A DNA stretch of 59,644 nucleotides, the filler included. It is 5 parts of 5 records of this genome, joined end to end, with 100 filler letters (N's around TTAATTAATTAA, not from the genome) between each part and the next. Parts side by side here need not be neighbours in the genome. Positions count along the whole stretch, not along the records: positions 1 to 13,864 come from SRR20825019_2129; 4 more parts are not named here. One strand, written 5' to 3'. The notes below the pieces were generated by a model. That model ran no database searches and had not been told where the DNA came from. It saw nothing but the letters and a program-made list of their open reading frames with translations. The position numbers were made by a program, and so were the translations under genes. How positions within the stretch are numbered: position 1 is the stretch's first letter; the number at the start of each line of letters is the position of its first letter. Shown one piece after another: positions 1-11,543 of the stretch.

Positions 1-141
1 GGGGGGGGGGGGGGGGGGGGGGGGCTTTGGCTGCGCCGACTTTTCGGCGGCCGGGCCAGACGGGGCCTCCCTTGAGGGCGTGCGGTCGTCCCTTTCTATG
101 CGGGGCCCGGCGGTCATGAGTTGGCGCGGGCGCTGGCACAG

Positions 142-583
142 CGAAGACGGCGCCAGTAACAGACGTGGCGCGGACTTACTCCTCCCACGCCAAGTTCAAA
201 TATGGTTGTACGGTGGAGAGCATGATATGTGCTCCTGCGCAGAATGAAGCGGGCAGGCCTTCCTGGAGAGAAGCAGTGGAGCGACGGTGACGCCAAGCTT
301 GCACGCGCTGAAGATCTCATTCAAGAACTTGAGGAGAAGTGCAACGAGGACATACGTGTGTTGCGGGCGACAAGGTACGAGACAGGTGTATGGATATGCC
401 ATGCTAGCCTGATGTTGGTCCAGGGATGCAAAGCAGCGGGAGCTTTGGGACCTACGGCACAAGAACACCGCACAGTATCGTGTCGTTGATGATGTGCTCT
501 TCCACCTGGCGCTGTATGTGATTTGCTTTGTTGTGGTCTACGTCCTTTACGACTGGATAGGGTCTCTTTTGTGGGGTCTATGA
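142..583 (+). CDS. Partial (5' end not resolved) intron-containing gene; small coiled-coil protein with C-terminal transmembrane anchor, function unknown
   Basis: Splicing GT-AG introns 208-242 and 375-423 gives ...QIWLMKRAGLPGEKQWSDGDAKLARAEDLIQELEEKC...RDAKQRELWDLR...LFHLALYVICFVVVYVLYDWIGSLLWGL*, with stop TGA at 581-583 and a hydrophobic C-terminus. Confidence 0.55.
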
Positions 584-745
584 GTGGAGTGGGCATGTGC
601 ACGATATTTGGAAAGGAAAAGGATTCCATCGGTAGTAACCACTATTGTAATACTCTCAACGCGCGCAACGCTGGTTTGCACAACCTCCAACAAAAAGAAA
701 CAACGGTGTAGGTAGTGACATTTATTGGAGCCTTCGTCGTCGCGT

Positions 746-2008
746 CTACTGCTGCCACTCATAAACTCGGAGAGATTTGTCGTCCGATACGCATGCAAGC
801 TTGTCGCCAGCCTTGTTGTATTTCACCCCCCACACTTGGTCGCTGCCCGCATCCATCTGGTTGACCACTCTATTTTCCTGCCAGTCGAACACCTTCACAC
901 GCTTATCGCTCCCCCTGCTCATCACATCAGCACGCCACCGTATCATTCAAGCCCGTGAGTGCATACCCTGTCGCGATGTGGTTATTATTCTCGCAGAAAT
1001 CCACAGAAAGCACCCATGAATTGTGTGTGAAAGCGCGCAGCTGCTGGTTTTGGTCGGGGTCGAAGAGAAGGGCGTTTTTGTCCTCTGAGGCAGTGACGAG
1101 GAACTTTGAGTTCGGGTGCCACTTGAGGTCACGGATGGGCTTGACGTGAGCTGCCAAAACACAGGCATCAGAGACAAGCCCCAACTGTACACATGGAACC
1201 GGAGAACCCACCACTGGTCCTGTGAAGGCAACGACCGGTTTTCGTTTCAAACGTAGAGATGGTCCCATCAATAGAACCTGCTGCGATCTTGGTGCCATCA
1301 GGGCTCTGCGCGGACACGTCAATCGCCAGAGGCCTTCAATACAAACTCTCATCACCATACATAAGCTACAGTCATGAGAAAGCCGGATCGGGCATCAAGA
1401 GTTTGCTCTTTGTTTCCTGTTTCGACATTCCACACGTTAATTTGCCCCCCTCGGCTGCCTGACGCAACAAATCTCTCGTCGGGACTCAACGACACCGACC
1501 AGCACTCCGCTGCAGGGAGCACATGAGTCAACTTGCCCGTTCCAACACTTCCAAACGAACTCACATGGCCCACAGTCAATAGTCCTTGTCAGTGTGCTTT
1601 CCTCAAGGTCCCACACCCGAATGCGGCTGTCCAACGACGACGATACACAGACTGAAATACATGGTAAGGCGACAGCGTGTTCAATCATATGAGCTCAATA
1701 CTTTTTTCTTTAGCATCTACAGAAACAACGCCAAGTTGGTGACCCGTAAAGGTGTCAAGCCTCTCCAAGGTGTCGCCATTCCTGAATAAAAATGAGCCGA
1801 GGAAATCAACCACGCATGTTATCCTCTCCTACCAGACTCGCACAGTTTCATCCAACCCTCCAGTAACGATTTTATTTGTTCCGGTCCAAGCAACCGTCCA
1901 TATGGAGTCGCTGTGCGCGCCCTCAACTGGCTTTTGGTTGGCTACGTACGGCTACAAGAACGTTAGCCATCGCTATATTGACTTGAGCAAGCGAGATTTA
2001 CATACCAT
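746..2008 (-). CDS. WDR61: WD40 repeat protein WDR61/Ski8/VIP3 (SKI and PAF1 complexes), 7 introns
   Basis: Spliced product M|PYVANQKPVEGAHSDSIWTVAW...VTGGLDETVRVW...GHQLGVVSVD...SSSLDSRIRVWDLE...IDCGP...HNSWVLSVDF...QVWGVKYN...LACVSDDKSLRVY. The GHQLGVVSVD and SSSLD motifs are characteristic of WDR61. All introns are GT-AG; the first coding exon is the ATG alone (2008-2006). Confidence 0.88.
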
Positions 2009-3239
2009 GGCCTTGTCGATATGAGGCTGCCCTCCACAGTTGTGATACGGATATTTGTATGTTGCCCGTGGCTTCTCAAGCCAGTTAGGGGTCGGCCACA
2101 TCCTCGCTCGAGGCCCAACGGTAGACTGCGGCCAGCCGTGGGTCTGGTCGGGATCTCAGCCTTCTCGTAGCCAGGCGTCACTTGTTGCGCTGGTCCGATC
2201 TCATGTGCCAGCCCCGCAACTGCGTCCCCGACCACAGGCCGCCGGGCGGGCCGGGCGCGCCTCACCGGCCGCACTCACTAGCCGGCTGAGCGGCGCGCTG
2301 GCGCCGCGGCTGACGCTGGCCGGCCCTGGGCACCCGGAGGCAACTGACCTGCGAGCGCCGGCACTCCCCGCCGCCCGGCCGCGCCCCGCAGCGCCGGGCC
2401 GGGCGCACGCCGGCGCCGCGGGCCGCGGCGCGGCACGGCGGCGTCCGGCTCGCCGGGAAGGCTCAGGCTGCACTCCGCCCCGCGAGGGGCCCGCCGCGCC
2501 GGCCCGGCCCGCTCCGGTCCGACCGACGGCCGCCTTGCTTTGACTCACAAGGCAACGCCAGGGGCGACGCTCACTTCACTCACGCCCGTGTGACACGCCC
2601 GGGGCCGGCCGACGCCTTGTGGGCCGCCGCCGATCAATCGAGTTGAACTTGAGGGGGGGCTCCGTGGGAACATCACAGTCGTCCGAGGCCGCCAGCCGGC
2701 GGGGCGGGCCTGACTCCGCGGCCGGCCGGGCCCTGCCCGGTGCGGGACTCAGAGTCGAGCGCCCTCTGTATCAATGATGACCCGGCCGCACGCCTCCCCT
2801 CCGCCAGCGCCGTGGGAGGCAAGGGCGGGCCGGCTACTGCCCGGCTCGGGCCCCGCGCCCCCGCGCCTCGCGGCGGGCGGCCGACCGGACGCAAGCGCAG
2901 GCCACGCCGGCGGACTCCCCCAGGCTTGAAGCCGGCGGGACCGTGTCCAGACCGTGCCTGAAGCGGCCGCTTGCCGGCGAGCCGCGGGCCACTGACCGGA
3001 CTGGCCGCGAAACTCGCCGGGAGCCGGCTGACGCCACGTCGGCAAGTCTCTCAGCAGCCCGGCCGCAGCGGACCCATGGAACTTAACCTGCAGAGCTCCA
3101 ACTCGGCAAGGCAGGACGGGCCTGGGTCGGGACCCGGATTCAGTAGTTTGCGCTGAGTGAGCACCGGCGACGGTACCAGGAAAGCGTTACTGTCATAAAA
3201 ATACGTCAAGGTTCGGTATTGCAGTTTCGCAAGGACCGT
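2009..3239. promoter_or_regulatory. Divergent (bidirectional) intergenic region with an extremely GC-rich, CCGG/GGCC-dense core
   Basis: Lies between head-to-head WDR61 and VPS52 starts; about 2200-3130 is visibly GC-saturated and its ORFs are low-complexity Arg/Pro/Ala/Gly. Confidence 0.55.
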
Positions 3240-6123
3240 ATGGCGGACGTGCAGGACGAGGTGGCCGTTCACGAGGCGGGCGGTCCTGATACGCCCGGGG
3301 CGGATGAGGTGGACAACCTGCTAATCGTAGGGGTGCTTTGCTGACTGGCTCTTGAAGGATGTTCAACTCGACCTAGGGGAGCTGGATATCACAACAGAAG
3401 ACATCGACTTGGATGGCCTCGAGAGTGAGTCCAGGCGCCCTTTGTTTGATGCGATTCTAACCGATTTGAAATCAGGTGATATGGACCTGTTTGCTGAAAA
3501 CCCTCTTGTGAAAGAGGCCTTGGCGAAAGGAAACCTCAGGCAGTATTCAAGGCAGATTGAAAACGACTTGAGGGATGTAGAACGGGCCTCTATTCAGGAC
3601 TACATTAACGAAAGCGACAACCTCGCTGACCTTCACAGGTATGCGCATTGTTTCCAACGGAGCGCCGGCCTATTCTGACTGTGGCTCCGCAGTCAAATCC
3701 GAGAATGTGACAATATATTGGAAGCTATGGAGAACATGTTGACTGGATTCCAAGGAGACCTTGGTAATATAAGGTGAGTCCAAACGGAGTTCACTCTCTT
3801 TCCTTGACCTCATCGGCTATTATGCAGCGCCGAGATTAAGCACTTACAAGATCAGTCGCTGGATATGAATATTAAGATCAAGAACAGGAAGGGGGCGAGG
3901 TCACAGCTTGCTGAGTTCATTGACAAGGTGGTGGTCCCTCCGGACCTGGTGTTGTAAGTGGCCATGGCACTGCCCTACCCTGAGGCTGATCCCCATGTAG
4001 ACAAATTTGCGAAAGCGAGGTGAACGAGCAGTATTTGGAGTACCTGCAGCAGCTTAATCGCAAGATCGGCTACGTCGACAACCAAATGGGCCGCGAAAGT
4101 GCCGGTGTGCAATATGTAGAAAAGGAGATGGAGAAGCTCCGCACCAAGGCTGTCGTGAGGATACGGGAATTCCTGCTTCAGCGCATTTTGGCCCTGAAGA
4201 AGCCTAAGACCAATATCCAAATCCTCCAGCAGAATGTCCTGTTGAAATTCAAGTATTTCAATGAGGTAAGGCATATTCTCTTTGGTGTGCTTTTGATGTT
4301 GTTGAGTAACAAGCACTCAGTTTCTTGCGGAGCACAACCCTGAGGCCGCGCAGGAGATAGTCAACGCATATGTGGAAACCATGGGAAAACTTCTCCACAG
4401 TAACTTCAAGAGTTATATCAACAATCTTCTAAAGCTTCAACACGAAGTCGCCACAAAGCACGACCTTCTTGGAGCGGACGAGGTGCAGAAGAAAGGATTC
4501 TTTGGCGGCGGCAGTAAGAGCAAGGGTGATGTATTCAGTCTGGTGGGTCCCTCAGTTGGCAGGTGTGGGCCATTGTTGAGCTGAACCGTGCAACCAACAG
4601 GGGCAGAGGGGGGTGATCCTGGATGAAATCAACCAGCCTGCCATCATCTACCACGTGGCCCACTCCAAGGGACAGGTTTGTGCTACCTGGATGCTCTAAC
4701 CGGGGTGATCCTGACCTGGTGCACAGAAATTCCCCTTCGAGTGCTTATTCCGGAGCATGACCTGCCTTCTCATGGACACGGCCACCTCGGAGTTCCTGTT
4801 TCTGTCTGATTTCTTTGGAAAGAAGGAGGCTCCCAATCTCTTCCAGCATGTTTTTGCAAAGTCAATGAGTGTATTCAGCGTATGTTGGTGTGCATGTGGT
4901 TAGCTAGTGAAGCCAACACGCCGCTGCAGGAGACTCTGGAGAACTACTTGTTCAACTGCTGGGATGCAATCGGTGTTCTGTTGATGATCCGTATCAATTA
5001 CCACCACCAATTGATCATGACCAGAAGGAGGCTCCCCTGCCTTGATTCCTTCTGTGACCGAGTCAACATGTTGCTCTGGCCGCGGTTTAAGATGATTTTT
5101 GACACAAATATTCAAAGCCTTCGTGCATCCAACCCTAAGGCTCTGCAGATCCACGATATCCAGCCCCATCTCATCATGCGGCGCTACGCACAGTTTGCCG
5201 CGTCAATCCTTCAGCTAAATGCCAAGGTAATACGAAGAGATTCGGTGCTGTGACCTTGCTAACTTCACGCAGTATGAGGACGACATGCTGATTCAAAACC
5301 TGATCCAGCTGAGGCGGGAGGCGGAGTCTTTGCTCATGCGTATGGGTATGTGCGGTGATTCGCTAGGTAGAGGCTTGTAGTGACTTCGCATGTCTAGCTT
5401 CCGAGTTTTCAGATAACACGCGCCAAACATTGTTCTGCATCAACAACTATGACATGATCCTGTCGGTCTACGGGGTGAGTGATTCTGAAGGCGATAATGC
5501 CTGCTTCTGAGCAAAATGGCAGGATGCGGGGGTGCAGAGCGTCAATAGCGCACACTTTGAGGAACAGCTTCAAGGCCAGATCTCGAAGTTTGTGGAAGGA
5601 GAATTGATGCAATGGTATGTTGACGCGGGTGACACTTGCCTCATATTGACCCCCGGTGCTTCAGCTTTGGCCGATTGCTTGGCTTTGTCAAACACTTTGA
5701 GCCTCTCGTAGCGAACGCATCCGAAGAGGAGGCCCAGCAGGCCGTGCCTCTCAGTGAGTGTCATTTTGTCCCACGTGTGCAGCCCAGGATTTACCCCTTG
5801 TACAGATGAGGTCGAGGTGATTGTTAAAGACTTCAACCAGAACTGGAAGAGCGGACTGGAGCAAATGAATAGCAACGTGATGAAATTCTTTTCAAACTTC
5901 AGGGTAAGTTACAATATGAATGTTAGCCGGTCATGCTCATAAGCGAGTCTAGAATGGCCGTGACATCCTTCAGCAAGTTCTCAGTCAGATGGTTTTGTAT
6001 TATACCCGCTTCCTAGAAGTCCTCAAGAAGTCCCACAAAAGGCCCCCCTTCCAGAAGGATATTATCACTGTGCCAACTATCATGTTTGAGATTAGGAAAT
6101 ACGGTTCTGCTTTCGAAACATAA
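3240..6123 (+). CDS. VPS52: GARP complex subunit Vps52, 15 introns of 46-58 nt
   Basis: Spliced product contains LRQYSRQIENDLRDVERASIQDYINESDNLADLHSQIRECDNILEAMENMLTGFQGDLGNISAEIKHLQ, FECLFRS...DTATSEFLFLSDFF, LLWPRFK, PHLIMRRYAQF and INNYDMILSV. Introns: 3309-3357, 3425-3475, 3639-3692, 3774-3827, 3954-4000, 4266-4320, 4543-4600, 4676-4726, 4880-4929, 5227-5272, 5346-5397, 5475-5522, 5615-5664, 5754-5805, 5904-5952. Confidence 0.93.
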
Positions 6124-6167
6124 AGAGGAACATTGCGGCAACTACTATGCTGTGTGGTATTGATGGT

Positions 6168-6567
6168 TTACCGGGCTCCCATCTTGCCCTTTTGGGACTT
6201 AGTCTTCTTTTTGTTCCACACCAGAGGCTTCACAGCCTTCTGTCCCTTACGAATAACCTTCTTCACCTTCAGTGCGTCCTTCTTCTTCTGTGTGCTGGCC
6301 TTCACCATGTCAATATCACCATCCTTTGGTGCCGTGAAGGTAAACGGCTTTTTTGCTCCCGCAGCCCCCTCAGTCTCCATATTCGCCCCCCCCTGATTGA
6401 TGACTTCCTGGAGATTCTCAAACCTTTTCTCCACCTTTGTCCACTGTCAGCCCAAGAACAACTCAGTCAGTTCATATACACACCCTCTCCTTCTCAATCT
6501 CAGCGTAGGCCTTGGCCTTGACAGCCCGGTACTTCCGCTTGATCTTGGACCTGATAGACTTGGCCAT
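6168..6567 (-). CDS. LLPH: LLPH/LAPS18 (yeast Ybl028c)-like small basic pre-60S-associated protein, 1 intron
   Basis: N-terminus MAKSIRSKIKRKYRAVK resembles the LLPH signature MAKSLRSKWKRKMRA. Intron 6435-6483 joins it to the Lys-rich ORF 6168-6434. Confidence 0.7.
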
Positions 6568-7052
6568 GCTCCCAGTCTAGTGGTGTCTGCTGTCGCGGCA
6601 TTATATGTACTTGCTTGCCAGAACGGCCAAAAGCTAGTGCTCTCGACTGCTCGGGTCACTGTCGCGCTCAGTGCAGTGTCGAGTCCACCGCATCCGGGAC
6701 CCCGCCTGCACCAGTCGCATGATCGAGGGCTCGCCCCAGTAGTCACAGTGTCAGTCTATCATTTGGCATTGGACATGGAACTTTTTCGGCACCGGGAACT
6801 TTTAAATATGGGGAATGGTCAATATTTTCAGTTTTTATTTCCTGCTTTTGATCTTCCCTGATTTAAGCCATCCTCCAGTGCACGGTAATTATCAAGGCCT
6901 TGTGATGCCCTTGTTGACATTTGGGCCACTTCCATGTTTAGGTGATCGGCACCCCCCAATGACTAATCATGGGGGAGATGGCTGCGGCCCGGCCGGGCCC
7001 GAGCCAAGCTGGGTGAGCTGGGGTCATGACCGGCCGAATTCCATCCGTCCAA

Positions 7053-7102
7053 CCAATGCAGCCGAGCGGGGCGGGAAGCCCTACACCAGAAGCGCTTATA
7101 TA
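7053..7102 (+). promoter_or_regulatory. Candidate core promoter of RPF2: CCAAT box, GC box and TATA-like element
   Basis: CCAAT 7053-7057, GGGGCGGG 7068-7075 and TATATA 7097-7102 occur in textbook order, about 40 nt before the ATG at 7139. Confidence 0.4.
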
Positions 7103-7138
7103 TGGCGTGGGCTCTAGAAATCAATGTGGAAGCACAGA

Positions 7139-8286
7139 ATGTTGAAGTCTGTGTAAGTAGTCGTTGGACCAAGTTGTAACAGTTTAAATTAAGAGTCACT
7201 GCAGGAAACCTAAGAACCAGCGCTCGAAGCGTGCGCTTGAGAAGAGGGCACCTAAGATCCATGAGAATACGAAGAGCAGCCTGTGCCTTCGCGGTCCCAC
7301 AAGCAGTGACATTGTTAACCAGGCGCTGACGGATATAGTGAGTCCGTGCACCATTCTCACTCACCCTCTACTGACTTGCGATGGTAGTTTATGCTCAGGA
7401 AACCAAACTCTCAGAACTTCACCAAGAAGAACAATATCAGGCCGTTTGAAGACGAGACGTCTTTGGAGTTCTTGTGCCAGAAGAATGACTGCAGCCTGTT
7501 CGCGGTGGGCTCCCACAACAAGAAACGCCCACACAACATCACGTTCGGGCGCATGTATGACTTCCACGTGCTGGATATGTTCGAGTTGGGAATTGACAAC
7601 TTCAGCCCGCTTAGTGCTTTCCCTGTATGTCACCCTTTGGCTTGACGCCTCGGCTATTTTGATTCTAACGATGGTGTAGGCTTCCGCAAAGCAGGCGCTG
7701 GGCTCTAAGCCTTGCATGATATTCCAGGGTGAGGACTTTGAGAACAAGATAGATTACCAGAAACTCAAGAACCTCTTCGTGGATTTCTTCCGTGGTCACG
7801 CCATGGATCACTTTAATCTGGCTGGGGTTGATAATGTTATGGTATTTACAAGTGTGGGCGGGAAAATCCTTATGAGACACTATGCTATTGTGCTGAAAAA
7901 GTCCGGGCAGAAGGTGGGTGTGGTGTTGGTGGTTGCGCCGTCCCAAGCTGAGATTTGTACAGCTTCCCCGTGTAGAACTGGAGGAGATGGGACCATCAAT
8001 GGACATGACTCTTCGGCGCTCCAAACTGCCTTCTACCGATGCATGGAAGCACGCGATCAAGGTGCCCAGCGGTGCCAAGCCAAAGAAGGAGAAAAATATC
8101 TCCCACAATGAGTTCCATGACAAGGTTGGCCGCATTCACATGCACCGTCAGGATTACGATAAGCTTGGCTTGCACAAGTTCAAGGGAATGGGAAAGGGAA
8201 CAGCAGGAAAGAGAACCCGCGGGGAAGATGGGGAGCAGGGCGCGGGCCAGAAGAGGAACAGGAAAGATTCCGATGTGTCAGCATAA
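7139..8286 (+). CDS. RPF2: Ribosome production factor 2 (Brix domain), 4 introns
   Basis: MLKSVKPKNQRSKRALEKRAPKIHENTK...KKNNIRPFEDETSLEFLCQKNDCSLFAVGSHNKKRPHN...DMFELGI...LPRVELEEMGPSMD...GRIHMHRQD. Introns 7153-7204, 7338-7387, 7625-7679, 7914-7962. Confidence 0.93.
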
Positions 8287-8331
8287 ACAGCGAACGTATT
8301 AATAGAGCATGTTGGGGTTTAGTGCCTGTGA

Positions 8332-11300
8332 TTAGTACTTCTGCGAGGGTTCGAGGCTGAGATTGGCCAGCAACCATGCCTTGACCTTATCGTCGCACGA
8401 CATCTTGTCCACTTCATCGTTGGCTGCCTTGAGTTTATCTTGAAAGGCCGAGATTTCAGCGTCGGTCTTGGTGTTGTCAAACGTGATCCGTGAGCCTGTC
8501 TCACCGAGGAACAACAAATTGGGGTAGTCATCTGCACACAACATGTTATTATATGAGAAATCATAGAAAACACAGTAGCGTTACCCTGGTAGATGGTATG
8601 GATACCCCATTGTGCATCGAGCTTGGCCTTGGCGCTAACGGCACGAGAAAGCAGACCTGCATAGCCGCTGAACATAGTCGCCTTGGCCGCCTTAGAAGGG
8701 GCCGTGAGTGCGACAGAGATGACCAGGGAGGCATCAGACGAGTAACCCTTTCCGCAAGAGATGGTCAGGGTTAGCGTGCTCCCGTCGTAGCTCCAGTGCT
8801 CCTCGCCATCGACTCCTTGTGGGACATCGCGCCCAGCAACCTGCACGGCCTTGGGCGGAAGTACACCAACAAGCTCCACGCCGTAAGTGCGCGAAGACGG
8901 CACAAAGTCACCCTTGGCACTCGCCGCAGAGATCTCAAGCTTCACCTTCTCGTCATCGCCAGAAAATGACATTGTTGTCCAGGCATACGACGCGTCATCC
9001 TTGTACGAGTCCGTTACACCATCATCATCATAATGGCGGTTCAAGCATCCGTTCTTGCAAGTGTCCTTAACATCGGAAGGGACAACCACACGCAGGGTCA
9101 GGGCGTCGGCAGGCGTATGTGCCTCTCCTAAGTAGGTGGCGTTGGCACGCATAGCAATCACACTGCCAGCACGCACAAACACAGGCATTTCAGCGAGAGA
9201 GTATGATCGGGTCACAGTTGTAGGCCCGGTCACACGCTCCCCGCTCCACCAGTGAGCCCACTCTCCTTCAGGGATAAAAACATCCTTAATGGCAACTTCT
9301 GTGGTTTCGTCCACGGCGGCAGTAATCGGGTGTACAACAATATCCTCTCCGAAGTAGTACTCGTTCTTCATGGAGTACGCCTCCTTTCTCTCAGGATACT
9401 CGTAATACAATGGGCGCATGAGGCCTACACCGGTTTCGTGAGTGATCCTGGCATGAGTGTAAATGTAAGGATTCAGAGCTGCGCGGAGCTTCATGAAATC
9501 ACGCATGATGCGGAAATTCGCGTTGGGGTACATCTGCAGTCAAGGCATCAGTATGGCCGCGTTGTCCAGGTGCCAGGAAAATTTACCCAGATGCGTCGGT
9601 CATTGAGAGCATTCTTGGTGCAGTGCGTGCTGCGAGTATCGTCGGCGCATGCAGCAAAGGCGAGCACGAAAACCTACCGGAACACAGGAGAGAATGCGCC
9701 CCACTGAACCCAGCGAGTGTACAGCTCAGCAGGCGATGGTTCTGTGTGCCCTCCAAGATCATGACTCCAGTAGGAGTATCCGACATTGGACGCAGTGGCG
9801 GTGAAATAGGGCTGGAAATCAAGAGAGGACCAATCCGGGACTACGCGCATAAGATTCAGTCCACCATGCACACTGTTCAAGTCCGAAAGGGGCGCTTACC
9901 AACATCTCCCGAGAAACCCAACTGGTAGCGATGGTTGCCAAGACCACCCCATCGATGGAGCAAATGGGGACGGCTCTCCTTGCGTGTCTTCCAAACAGGA
10001 TTTGTGAAGAAGAGGTAATTGAGCCAGAAAGTCGGGTTGACACGCGGAACACCATCGTTGTCTTCGATCCAGTTCTCGCCCTCTATAGCTACAAGGTCAG
10101 AACATGCAAACAAGGTCATTGAAGACCACTTACGTTGCCAGTCAAGCCAATAAAAGTCAATCCCCTCTTCTTGAAGCTTGTCCATGACGATTGAGAACCA
10201 GCTCTTGACGAAGGTCTCATTTGTCACCTTGAAAGGAACGTATTTTTGAGTGGCAGGATCAATGCCATTAGCCTTGGCCATCTCATCATAGCGTTCCTCC
10301 CAGGGCTGGATACCAGAGGCGGGATGAAGGTTCACCGTGACGCGGAGGCCGCGCTCATGCATCCATTCGAGGAATGCCTTAGGGTTGGGGAAGAGATGAT
10401 CGTCCCAAGTGAATCCACTCCAGCCTTTCGGTTGGCCGGCCTGATCCTTAACCCCTTGAGAGGACTCCTTGTAGAAGGTCTTGTGCCAATCCATATCCAC
10501 AACCAAAATGTCCAGTGGCACATCGTGTTGTACATACTCTCCAACGAGATCCTGCAATTCAACGTCGGAGTAGGCCCAGTAGCGGCTGTAGAATACTCCG
10601 CTATTTTATGAGGAAACATTAGCCGCAAGACTCGCCAGGCTGACCAACACCTAACAGAAACTTACAGGGAATATCTAGGAGGCATAGGGATACGACCCGC
10701 CACTTGAACAAAGTCTCCAAGTGCACCCTTGTAGTCATGGCCGTGCCCAAACACGTACAGATCCTGGGCTGCAACTGACGAATAGTAACAGAAAGGCACT
10801 CCGTTCACTCCTTCACGGAGGTTGTTCACGGCCTTGTAACAGCAGCCCTTCTTCTTGCACTGGTCTTCACTTATTCCGATGAAGCCGCAGTCCCGCTTCA
10901 GGTCCGTGTCGATGGAACAGACGTCTGAAGTCGGGCTGTCATAGGACTTGCTATTGACCCATGGCCATTCATCACTTGTAAACTGCGGTGCAGCAGTGTC
11001 ATCTACGACTACAACACCCTTTGTGCTGATGAGGCCGTAGGTGCAGTGTAGATCACTCCTGCTCTGGGTGCTGCAGTCAAGATTGAGACCGCCATGCACC
11101 CCATCAAGTGTCCTCGCAGTGCCTAAAAGATTGCCATCGTTGGAATCCCCAGGCATCCACTTGGTCACAGTGGAGCCAAACTTCACTTCTACAAGCAAGT
11201 TGTCCTTGTTGAAAGAGATGGTGGAAGAGGTGTCGTACTTCACAGTGACTGAGTCTGTCTTCAATAGAAGCCACTTACCATCCATAGTATGAGTGAACTT

Positions 11301-11543
11301 CGGAGACGGCAGAAATCTATTCACAAAAGTGAACGAAGGAGCGTCAACAAATTTGCCAGAGTCGGAATATTCCAAGCGCACTAGTCTCTCTGTTAGAACA
11401 GTGAAGCGAGCCTTGCCTATAGTAACCACACTGTCGGGGTTTGCAGAAGGGTTATCGCCAGTTGACGTTTGCAAATCTACCCCGGCCAGGGCCGAGGCTA
11501 CGAAAAGTACCAGCAGCGTGCATCCAACTTTGACAGAGGTCAT
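8332..11543 (-). CDS. Secreted glycoside hydrolase family 31 (GH31_u1-type alpha-glucosidase) with internal trefoil (P-type) domain, 6 introns
   Basis: Signal peptide MTSVKVGCTLLVLFVASALAG; motifs ARFTVLTERLVRLEY, SRYWAY, VVDMDWH, nucleophile loop FYWLDWQQG (after splicing 10083-10133), HRYQLGFSGD, YWSHDLGG, RWVQWGAFSPVFRTH, LMRPLYYEYP. Introns 8532-8584, 9534-9586, 9630-9677, 9841-9899, 10083-10133, 10601-10665. Confidence 0.88.

Noticed and set aside
1..24. Poly-G run at the window start
   Set aside because: A homopolymer at a contig or window edge; a sequencing or assembly artefact is as likely as biology, and it is not a telomeric repeat.
1963..3156. Many overlapping ORFs of 60-160 aa in the GC-rich region
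   Set aside because: Low-complexity Arg/Pro/Ala/Gly translations expected where stop codons are rare; no recognisable motifs.
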